Both the position numbers and the translations under genes were made by a program. The notes under the pieces are model-generated. The model was not told the origin of the DNA. It ran no database searches and was given only the letters and a program-made list of their open reading frames with translations. From NCBI GenBank assembly GCA_964016885.1, contig OZ024740.1, forward strand, positions 243,474,001 through 243,538,000: 64,000 nucleotides of DNA, in the 5' to 3' direction. This stretch comes from Eledone cirrhosa. Lineage: Eukaryota. Below, piece after piece: positions 52,645 to 64,000 of the stretch. The first letter of the stretch is position 1; every line of letters starts with the position of its first letter.

Positions 52645-52965
52645 TGATACAAACATGGAATAAGCTGAGAACAACACAAAGAAATATGAAAAGATGCATG
52701 TTAAGAATCACTAAAAAGGAAAGAAAATCTTGTCAATGGATAAACCAAACTACAAGATGTCATAAAAATATATCAAGAAGAGAAAATCAAAGTGGGTCGG
52801 GCCATGTTGCAAGAACAAATGAGAACAGATTGATGTCAAGGAAGACAGAGGACAAGATGGAGAGTTGAGATTAATAAGTTTATAGGTATTACATAAATAA
52901 GAGAGGCACAAGGATAGGAACAAGTGACACTGGTTTGGAGAAGTCTTCTTCTTCCAAAGGGAACA
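52645..52965 (+). mobile_element. Old RTE-like C-terminal remnant
   Basis: KLRTTQRNMKRCML...GHVART. Confidence 0.55.
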
Positions 52966-53240
52966 TCATGATGATCAGGGGGAGTAGGAGGAGGAGGATT
53001 ATGTTTTCTCAAGGCTGTGATGGATCTAAAGATTTAAACTATATTTAGCTTCTATTCCTAGCCTGTTAAGTGACCACCTAGAGCCACACAATCCCTCTCC
53101 ATCTCATTGGCTTTTGTTAATGAACACTTTTGGCAGATGTAAGGATTATGAACAAAAATGTAATGGTTTCTCTTACCGAGATTCATATGCTAGGAAGGGG
53201 AGAAGTATATGTGTGAAGAGTAACATAGATGTTAGGATTA

Positions 53241-53470
53241 GATGATGATGATGATGATGATGACAATGATGATGATGATGATGATGATGACGATGACGAT
53301 GATGACGATGATGATGATGATGATGATGGTGGTGATGACGATGATGATGGTGGTGATGATGATGACGATGATGACGATGATGACGATGATGATGATGATG
53401 GTGGTGATGATGATTATGATGATGGTGGTGGTGGTGGTGGTGGTGGTGGGGATTCTAATGATGATGAAGA
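53241..53470. repeat. (GAT/GAC/GGT)n repeat
   Basis: Seen directly. Confidence 0.95.
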
Positions 53471-54755
53471 GGGTGAAAAAAAAGTCGTTAAGATGAGAAC
53501 TAAGAGGGTAATACAATATTCAACTATACCCTAGAAGGTTTGCCCAGTATGGCCACAGTCCAATGAGTGAAACTTGTAAAAAGAAAAAAAGAATAGGTTT
53601 AATATTTAATATAGAATATTATTTAGATTTGTTCCATCTTAGTATTTTGATCTGTTGCCAATAGATTTTGATATTTCACACAATCTCAATAGCTGTATCA
53701 ATTAGGTTAATGAGTGGCGTTTTGTTGATAATGAGATGTCTTGCTGTTTTGGGAAATCCACCTCAGTATAAATTAGTTGATAGAAACGTTTGCTTCACAT
53801 TAGCAAATCTCCAGGTTTAGGTATGGGTGTGTAGTTAAGAGGTTTTCATTACAACTATATGGTTTCAGCTTCAATCTCCCTGAGCAGCTTTGAGACCAAG
53901 TGTCTTAAACTATGACATCAGGGTGACCAAGCTTTGTGAATGATATTTAGTATGATATTTGTGTGGAAAATCACTAGAGAGAACATTAGTGATCTTAACC
54001 GTTTTGATATTAGCCCTGCCAAAACTGGCTCTAGTTCTATGAAACACAACCACCCATTTTAAAGGGTTCCTATTTAAATTAAAATCTTCCAATTTAATTT
54101 TATATGAGAATCATATGTTAGGTTACTATTTAAGTCGTGGAATAATTTATAATTTTAGTAAATCCTGTCAAATTCTTCAATAATTAATTGAAAGAGAAGG
54201 TATTTCATTAGAAATATGGTTACAAAATGGTTAATTAGTTGGTGTTAAGCCTTTGCCTTACACTAGCCAGTCTGTGGGTAGAGGTATGGTTGAGGGTTTA
54301 GGAAATTTGTTTCTCAACCATGTGGCTTAGGTTTCAATCCCACTTTGTGGCACTGAGCCTATTGGAAAGACTGTTTTGAGTCTCGAATAGCAGTCTTAAT
54401 TTGTCACCCAGTTTAACATGACCACCTAGCCCTTGGGTGTCTTTATTGGAATCTACTGTGTTGCCAATATTCAGCCTATGTCTCCAGTTTTAGGATAACT
54501 TCTTTCCTCTTTGGAGGTCCTGCAAAAAAGGACCAGAGAAAATGCCCTTCCTCCTCTCACCTAAACCATTAAAAAAAAAACCAAAACCCCACAAAATTAT
54601 AAACCTCTCCAAACTTCTTACCAGAAGAGAAAGAAGGGCATTTAAAACAAATTGGTTTCAACAATGAGTATTTAGTTGTTCAGCTTTTTTTAACTACCTG
54701 CTCAAAAAGCTAATGGGTAAGTGGCTGAATATTTCACAGATACTTGTACTCTTAA

Positions 54756-54966
54756 CCCTTTAGCATTTACATCACCCTATATTTACTATTGTGTTTTTGT
54801 GGTAAAAGCTTTATCTTACATAATTATCTCACATTATCTCGAATCTATGAGATTTTGATGTTATTTATTTTGAGAACAATACCTTGACATAAGTATGAGT
54901 AGCCGGTTTGAACAGAAAGAGGTGAGAGAATTCTGGCTGGATATGGCCAGCTTAAATGCTAAAGGG
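54756..54966. mobile_element. piggyBac-like MITE
   Basis: TTAA-CCCTTTAGCATTTA ... TAAATGCTAAAGGG-TTAA. Confidence 0.9.
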
Positions 54967-55284
54967 TTAACGTAATCCTCAGGCAAAATCAGTGTAACAT
55001 AGATGACACATTATTTGACAAAGATGGATTAAGGGTTCAATATATCTAATAAGCTTCCACACAAGTTCTGTCTATCCAATTTCATTTACAAGGGTTGGAT
55101 TAACCTGAGGTTATGATAAAAATTATACACACACACACACAGATATATATAAATATAAATACACACAACTCTGAAATATCACCATTATCATCAACAAAAC
55201 CACCCATTTTAAAGAGTTTCTATTTAAAGTTAATACCTTCTAATAAAATTTCACTGTTTAGTTATGTTGCAAATACTATCTTCA

Positions 55285-55446
55285 CCCTTTAGCATTTAAA
55301 CCGGCCATATTCGGCCAGAATTCTCTCACCTCTTTCTGTTCAAACTGGCCATAACCAGCATCAAAATCTCATAGATTCCATATTATGTGAAATGATTATG
55401 TGAGATAATACAATAGTAAATATAGAGTAATGTAAATGCTAAAGGG
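55285..55446. mobile_element. piggyBac-like MITE, internally deleted, opposite orientation
   Basis: Same 14-bp TIRs; right TTAA intact. Confidence 0.85.
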
Positions 55447-58400
55447 TTAATGTCCATTTTCCATGTTATCATGGGTTAGATGCATTGCCCCACTGTGAGA
55501 CAAGCCAGGTCTGATGACCAAGACTTACTCATACAGGATTGCTTTTGGCTTGGTTTCTACAGTTGAATGCCCTTCCTAACACCAACCACATTTATAGTGC
55601 GTGCTGAGTGCTTTTTGTTGTGACACCTACACAACCCCTTTACAGTGTGGGCTGTGCTTTTTGTTGTGGTACCTACGCAACTACTTTGCAGTGTGGGATA
55701 GGTGCTGTGTTGCCATCCCGACTACTTTACAGTGTGGGCTAGGGACTTGCGGGTGGTGGAGTAGATCTAGGGGCATGTGTGATGAGGTGGGATGTTCAGG
55801 CATGGGTGAAGTGTTAGGATGTGGGAGGTGCAAGAGTGAGAGATGTGGTTGAGGGAGGGTTGTTAGCGTGAGGGGTGTATGGAAGAGAGAGGGAGAAAGT
55901 AGTCGGGGTGGGGGTTGTGTCTGTCTGTATCTTTTAGATTTGTTCTTGTGTGCTCTTATATTGTCCTCTGCTGCTAGTTCATGCAGTTGTTGTTATTTCA
56001 TTCATGCTTTCTATTGAGTTTAGGCTTACATTCAGTTATATGTGTCACTTCCTGAATCTGTGTGAGCATTGTATCTGTTTGGTGGGTAGATATAATTGTT
56101 ATTATATTTACAATGTTTTCTAGTGAACCCCCATGTTCTAGTTTGGCATGTTGGTAGAGTACTTATGTATTTTTCTCATCTTGGAGTTCTTACCAGTACT
56201 ATTTCCTCTTTTCTCTTATGCTGCAAACCATCTTCTATATTTTGTGGTCCTATTTCTTCATTGTCTTTCTGTGCATCTCATGCTATAAACTACATTTCTG
56301 GTTTTACAGTTTATCTGAGTGCTTACTTTGCAGACTATACAAAACTCTATCAGTACAGGAGGTTTTCTTAAAAGGGGATTTTTCTGCTATTAGGGTTTTA
56401 ATAGGAATTCCTGGCTTTTCTATTTTAATTTTTAATTGCTAGTTCACCCCTGGGGGTAGCATCGACAAATATCACAATCTGGTATTTCTGTTGCTGTCAC
56501 ACTATCAGTTGACTTTATCTACCATCTTTATTTTCTCTGTTCTATCTATCCTATGATTTACTACAATTCATGACACATACTCCGTTTGCATCATTTTCTA
56601 TGATATTTTAAAATTTTGCCTTAACTCCTTTGTATACTCAGATCCTCTTTCTCTGGTTGTATCCAGAGAACTGCATGTGGTAGATGAAGTGTTGTATGTG
56701 TCTCTCTAATTCCTTAAGATCACATATTCAAGACATATTCTTCAGGATTTTTACTAAGTTTCCTATTAAGATGTTGATTTTTATACTATCCAAAACTGTT
56801 GAGCTCCTGTGGATCAGGTACTTGGAGGCCATGGGTTTAGCATAAAGTGAATGGTGGATTTGTAGTTTGTTATTCTTAGTTTATAAACAGAGTTCTGTGT
56901 CCAAAACTAGTAGTCTGTGGCTGGGGTGTTTGGTTGGGCAGTCTATAGTTACTTTGATATTCTAGTGGATGAAGTTGGATATTTACCAGATGCTCTCCAT
57001 GGTGTTCATTTCTAGTTCCTGAATGTTTTCTTGTAGGGATGTCTTTACTACACACACACACACACACACCATCATCATCATCATCATTCAATGCTAGTAA
57101 GGGTTGGATGAGTCATCATAGACCAAGTCAATGCCTAAAATGAGCTACTGACATTTCAGACGGGCCAGGAGCAGCATCTCACGTACATACCCACACTTAA
57201 CAGGGTGTACCAGATGTATTCCATTTTGGCACCAGCACTAGAGAGTTTGTTATGTCTTTGACTTAACTGAAGACTCCTCTCAACCCTCGGTTTGCTAAAT
57301 TTTCTAGGGTAGTTGCCTTCCCAATCATCAACCCCTTACAGGGTGTACTGTGTACATTTTATGTGGCACCAGCACTACACACACACATACAAAGATAAGA
57401 ATCCTATTGAATATCAAATTATCAACTAAGTGCATTAGAATCAACCTATATATATATATATATATATCAGTGTTGTAGCTTGCTTGAAGCATTGTTTAAT
57501 AGGAAACACAAATTTAAATAATTTTGAAAACCATACAATACACTAGAAAATTTAAATTGCCAAGATAACAATAGAATCTTACCATAGCACATTTAATAAT
57601 CCCAAATATTTTTGGGTTTAAAAATCAATTATCAAGGAAGTATCCCTGTGAGAGACTTAAAGGATCGATCGTAGATGAGTTGTTAGGAAGGCAGATTTAA
57701 GTTAAATCTACCTTCCTAACAAGTCATCTCTGTAAATTATTACCAGTGTAAAAGTAACTCATATGTATATATTATTAAATTTAAGAATGGTTTTCTGAAG
57801 AGAAACGGAAGGGACCAACAGTTGAATAAGTTACTCAATACATTAGTGGAGGAGGTAAATATTTATTTCATGTAGAAATGACTTCTACAGAACTAGAACT
57901 GTTTCATTCATTTAAAATAACCAGGAATGCCAGGTAACAAGTAACCCAAATTAAATAAGATAAATAGCATGCAGTCTTAAAAAGTAGTGTAATGGGCTAT
58001 TTGCAGTCCAATCTGACAATGCTGAAATACACTTGATGAAAATGTCATGCATTGTGATTGAATCCAGGACCTCAGAATTGCAAAACTAACTTCTTAGCCA
58101 TTTGACTATGTTATGTCCATAAGTACTGTTAATGAATCAATGTTAAAGAGACAGACACATTTTTTTTTCTTTTGATGAAGCAAGAATAGATTACTTTATT
58201 TTTGTCCACCAATGGTGGCTAACTTGACATACTTCCAACATAATTAAGTCATCTCATTCAGATTATCATAGCAGATATCAATCACACAATTTTCTTGTTG
58301 TTGTTTCATGTTGGTAGTTGGGGGTGTAATTATAGCATTGAACACTGTTTTATATCAGCCAAAAGTTGTTGATCTGCTTCAAATCTTATCCATTTCATTA

Positions 58401-60549
58401 ATATTCACATAAAAGTCTTTGGCAAGACTTGAACCCTCCTCCTCCTGAAATGGGATTGCCAACATTCAAGCTGATGTTAGAGTAATGATAGAATATTTAA
58501 TGAGATAAAGAAATACTATGTAGACTATTAATTAACTGATGTTGCTATTGTTGTTGTTGTTCCATTTTTAAAACAGTAGGACAGTAGTTCTCAATCCTTT
58601 TGATTTCAGGGTGAAATTTTATATCATTTAATTAGGAAAGAAAAGGAAGTGCCTATGACCTTTTTCAGGTCCACCAAGAAAAGTGGGAGGGAGGCAGAAA
58701 GAAAGATATCCTTAAATTGGAGACAGTGTTCAAATGTTTAATACAAAGTAGATTCTCTTAATGGTACTCAAGCGATAGTGGTATTAAAACAGGTAATGGA
58801 TAAGTCTACCACCCAAGTAAGGTACAGCAGGATGTGCACTCAGAACACAAAGGCTCAAAACAAATACTGCAAGGTGTTTTGTCTGAGGCTTTAACAAGTC
58901 TTCCAATTGGTCTGGTATTTTCTCTTGCCTGAAAGAATGAAAAACAAATTTGACCTCAGTGGAACTTGAACTCAAGACACAGAGAGCTGGAACAAATACT
59001 GCAAGGCATTTTTGTTCTTTGATCAAGCAAGTTTGTTAATTGACCACAAGAGATTAAAAAATGTTTGTTGTCAAAAGTTAAAAGAAAAGTATGTTTTAAA
59101 ATTAAGAGTTTAGAAATAAAACATTATAGAAAACTATTCCTTACTGCCTTTATAAATCATAATCTATGATCAGCATCATTGTATGTTTTTCTAGGTTGGG
59201 TGGGTCATTATAGACAAGTTCCATTTTGTCATACTTTCTAGGGTGGGTGCCTTTTCTAATGCCAACCCCTTTGTAGAGTGTACTGGTTACATTTTATCAT
59301 AACAACAGTACTAGAGAGGTTTTCTTGTCCTTCCTTGATGCAACTGTAGAATCTTCACTATTTTTTTTTTTCATAATTTCTATGATGAGATGCTCGTTCT
59401 AATGCCAGCCATTTTGCAGAGTGTACTGGATGCATTTTATCATGGCATCACCCCTAGAGTGGTTGTCTTATCCTTGATGTGACTGAAGAGTCCTCTCTAC
59501 ACTAATAAAATTATATGTTACATATAAATTAACAACAGATATAAAACCATAGTAAAGTACTTACATATGACAAAATTATTAATAACTGATAAGGCATTAG
59601 TATGGATTTCATAAAGACTGTAATTGTGTATTGTTTTAAATTGTGGGACCCCTTGTGATATGCTGTTTGAGATGATCAACTGTAGTAGAGTGGAATTTAT
59701 AGGAGATTTAACCTCCATAAAACGGACGACTTGGCAAATTCATTAGAGTTCAAGGATGAATACCTCAGAATTTGTTCTGGCTCTCTTGAATTCTGAATTC
59801 AAATCTCGTCAAGGTCAACTTTGCCTTTCATTCATTCAAGGTTAATAAATATAGTACAAGTCCAGGAGCTACAGATTGGTGGAATTGTGAAAGCATCAGA
59901 TGAGATACTTTGCAATATATGTTCTATGAGTTCAAATCCTGCCGACAGTTACTGGAAAAGTGGTGATGCCTCTGCCAGGAATTCTAACTATCAAATTGTA
60001 TCAGCTCCGAAAAGATTGATGGAAACAGTTTCTAAGATCTGATTTGACAACAGGTATCTACTACTACTAGCTCATATTTCTAGCAGGTCAAGTGACCACA
60101 TAAATGTTGTCTTATTGGCTTATAATAGTTGATTTTGTTGTTGTTTAAGCTATTTTGAGCTTACCTATGAGCAAAAGCATTCCAGCTATGACCATCCTAT
60201 CTTATATTTTCAGACATAATGTTTTCAGGTGTTTATCATCCAGTGTTTACATTAACTTTTTTCTAAGGGGATTGGTCTGATGTGAGAGAGAATTTAGCTC
60301 CACTTCTAGCAGATTGAATAACACATTAGCTGTGTTGGCAGTATTCATGGCATTGGTGGTTGTCTTGGTGAAGTTGATGATATTTATGGGGATGTTTGTT
60401 ATTGTTGTTTAGCCTCACATCTACCAAGCAAACCAAGAGTCAAAGACATTCCATCCACTTTTTTTATTCAAACATAGTATCTATAGGAAAACATTAACCA
60501 ATCTGTCCTTAAATATTGTAGTGTGGAATTCTAGGGAGATTTAGTTTGT

Positions 60550-60935
60550 GTTTCTATCAGCCTCTAACATTACTCTCATCAGATTTCTAGCAGCCTCTAA
60601 CATAAGCCACATCAGATTTCTAGCAGCCTCTAACATAAGTCTCAATTTCTTGCAGCTTCTAGCGTAGACCTCATCTGGTTTCTAGCAGTCTCTAACATAA
60701 GCTACATCACATTTCTATCAGCCTCTAACATAAGCTGCATCAAATTTCTAGTAGCCTCCAACATAAGCCTCAATTTCTAGTGGTCTCTAACATAATCCTC
60801 ATTAGATTTTTAATGGCCTCTAACATAAGACTCAGCAGATTTCTAGCAGCTTCTAATGTAAGCCTCATCAGATTTCTAGCAGTCTATAACATAAGACTCG
60901 TTAGATTTTTAGCAACCTCTAACAGAAGCCTCGTT
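60550..60935. repeat. ~31-bp degenerate minisatellite
   Basis: Repeated gcctctaacataagcctcatcagatttctagca-like units. Confidence 0.9.
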
Positions 60936-61720
60936 TGATGGTTGTTTTTTTTTACTATTTAGTCAGGAAGTTTGAGACTGGTGTGGTGGCGGGAGGAAGT
61001 ATCAACAAATCAGAGACCTGATACAGTTACTTGCAATAGAGTGAACTCTGCTAAAGACACCTAAAGGCTAGGTGGTGGCATTAAACCAGGCAACTGATTA
61101 AATCTACCACCCAAGTAGACAACAGCAGAATTTGAACTCAGAACACAAAGAGTTGGAATAAATACCAAAGACTCATCTGATACTCAAACAATTCTGTTAA
61201 TCCAATGTTCTAGACCACAGGTTCTCAACCCATTTTGCCCCTTGAAATCACGAAACGCCCCTACCCTATTTTTCCATTTTTCAATATACAACTGATTTTG
61301 ATAGATTACTGGGCCAAATCAAGTTATGTTAGAATCTTTAAAAAAATCTTTAAAAAATACTCATACGAATTAAATACAAAAAAGTTTCAGTCCAAAACAA
61401 AAACAAATTATATATTTTGAAAAATAGACGTGAATGTTCTCAAACACTTGATCTCAGTCGAAAAAGATTTTTTTTTAAATTCTATATTTCACTGTTAGCT
61501 GTTGTAATATTTTGAGTGGATAGACAATTCTACAATTCAAACTGTAAAGTCTAAATACGAAAGATGCAAAATATGAAGAATTTCTTATCTTTCCCTGGAA
61601 TCACAAACTCAGGGGAAAAATAGTACCTTGCAAAATAAAGTGCCTCGATCCCAAACTTAGTTGCAACGAATGAATTGAGATGCTTGGTGACAGTGAGCAA
61701 ACAATATCTGTATCCCTTAT

Positions 61721-64000
61721 ATCATCATCATCATCATCATCAACGTTTAACGTCCGTGTTCCACGCTTGCATGGGTTTGGACGGGGGTATTCCCACTTGA
61801 GGCAAGAGTGATTGTCTTGCTCGCATAGGACTGTCTGGCAGGTTTTCTACAGTTGGATGCCCTTCCTAACACCAACCACATTTACAGTGTGGGTCTGGGA
61901 GGTTTTTACCGTGTTGCCTACACGGCCACATTACAGCGTGGACTGTGTGTTTTTTTGTCGTGACACCTACACAATCTCATTTGTTTCGGCCTGGATGTTG
62001 TGGCACCAACATAACTTTACATAGAACGGGGTGGTGTGGATGGGGTGGGGGTGGTGGGACGGGGTGTATTTTGTTAGAGATGCCTACTGGCTGTAGTAGG
62101 TTTTACTATGTATTTAGGTAAGGCGGGTCTTCTCTGTTACTGAGTACTGCCAAAGGTCTCGGTCCAGTGACATTGTCTTGGAGAGGTGTAAGTGTGTGAG
62201 GTCGGAGTTTATCAGCTCGTCCCAGGTTTTTCTAGGTCTGCCTATTCCGTGGCTACCGTCTATCTTTATTGCCCTGCACTTTGTTATACAGCTATCGACT
62301 TTCATGCGCATCACATGTCCATACCAACGTAGCCTTCTCTCGAGTAAACAACATCTGATCCCTCTTATTTCTAATTTTTCCCTTAGTTCGTTTATGCTTT
62401 GCCGTTCACGTATATTACTGTTACACATCCAGCGGAGCATGCAAGCTTCGTTCCTCTCTAGTCTGCGTATATCCTCTGCACACAATGCCTAGGTCTCACT
62501 GCCATGCAACATTGCTGTTCGTATGCAGGCATCATACAACCTGCCTTTCATTTTTAGGGAGAACCCTTTAGCAGCTAATAGTGGTATAAGCTCTCTGAAC
62601 TTTTTCCAACCAGTTCTGACTCTAGCTACTGTACTTTCAGAGCACCCTCCCCCACTGCTGATTTTATCGCCCAGGTAACGGAAGCTGTCCACTATTTCTA
62701 TAGAACCCTCTGCGCAATTGAAAGAGCTAGTATTTTGTGGGCACTTGCTGCTACTTATTGCACCAGAGCACCGGCCACATGTAAAATCTATGTTCTTAGT
62801 TAGCTTACCGGTGATCCCACTACATCTTTTATGCACCCATACTTTGCATTTGGGACATAAAATGGAGTTTCTACCTACGCCTTTCCTACACACTGAGCAT
62901 GGCCATTTCCCAGAAGGGACCGCCGCCTTATTTTCTTTCCTACAAACTAGAACTTTAGTCTTAGCCAGGTTAATTTTAAGTCCTTTTGATTCTAGGCCGT
63001 GCTTCCATGTTTGGAATTTCTTCTCTAGCTCGGCCATTGATTCAGCTATGAGTGTCAGGTCGTCTGCGTATAGGAGTTCCCATGGGCAGCTGGTCTTGAA
63101 CTCCTCTGTTATAGCCTGAAGGGCAATAATAAATAGTAGGGGGCTGAGAACAGAGCCCTGATGGACGCCAACTTTTACGCTAAACTCTTCACTATATTCG
63201 TTGTTAATTCTAACCTTGCTGACTGTTTCTTTATACATGGCTTGTATAGCTCTCACAAGCCATTTGTCAACCCCTAGTTTTCTAAGAGGCCACCAGATAA
63301 TGGAGCGGGGGACTCTGTCGAAGGCTTTCTCCAAGTCGACAAAAGCTAAGTAGAGGGGTTTACCTTTAGCTAGGTACTTCTCCTGTAGTTGTCGTACAAT
63401 GAAAAGAGCGTCTGTGGTACTTTTGCCTGACACAAACCCGAACTGCATTTCATCTAGGTCAATTCTCTCTCTGATTAGTTGCGCTATTACTTTTTCCGTG
63501 ACCTTCATGACCTGGTCGATTAGTTTAATGCCTCTATAGTTACTCCTATCTAGGGCATCTCCTTTACCCTTATAACAGTTAACGATGATGCTGCTATGCC
63601 AGTCCTTCGGAACAACCCCATTCTGTACGACTTGGTTAACTATGCGGGTGACCATGGTGTGTCCCACCGTGCCAGATGCCTTCAGCATCTCAGCAACTAT
63701 TTCTGAAGGCCCAGCCGCCTTACCCGTCTTCATATCCTTGATTGCCTTACTTATTATACTCCCCTCGACTAACACTGCTGGTCCCTCTATTGGGTCGATG
63801 TGGGGGAGACTGTCTTTCTCCCATTTATTCTCCTCATTTAGTAGCCTTTCATAGTGACACTTCCAAGCTACCTTCTTATCAGCGTCGGTGATGGCAAGTA
63901 CGCCGTCATCATTAAGTACACACTTCTCCCCGACAATATCACGGTTTTCCTTGACGCATTGCCTCGCAATCCTGAACACCTCACGTTTTTGGTCCTCGCG
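61721..64000 (-). mobile_element. Young RTE-type LINE, running off the window end
   Basis: ORFs 62489-63979 (RT plus PHD-like finger) and 62114-62485 are in frame, split by one TGG->TAG stop. 3'UTR and (gat)n tail extend to 61721. Confidence 0.97.

Noticed and set aside
56096-56371. FADYTKLY motif resembling a CR1/L2 RT
   Set aside because: A single short motif without supporting flanking RT motifs.
60550-60935. CRISPR-like ~31-bp repeats
   Set aside because: Contiguous degenerate tandem units with no unique spacers and no cas genes, in eukaryotic context.

Overview
AT-rich, microsatellite-dense animal genomic DNA. The repeat landscape resembles Octopus/coleoid cephalopod, which is an inference from repeats only. 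No intact host protein-coding gene is visible, and almost all ORF-track entries are simple-repeat or antisense artefacts. Recognisable content: (1) several copies of an RTE-type LINE whose RT carries an inserted C4HC3 PHD-like finger; (2) two tRNA-like SINE families; (3) a TTAA-targeting piggyBac-like MITE; (4) a decayed hAT transposase; (5) minisatellites; (6) many Penelope-like element (PLE) remnants with GIY-YIG endonuclease fragments and minimal type I hammerhead ribozymes (HHRs). The most striking structure is a set of about ten (TA)n-embedded fold-back insertions from at least six sequence families with no similarity visible by eye. They share one geometry: inverted arms plus an unpaired 3' tail on one arm only. 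Most carry a hammerhead, or part of one, on both strands. Two possible host exons (about 36.1 kb and 52.1 kb) are low-confidence guesses. All folds and alignments were done by eye.
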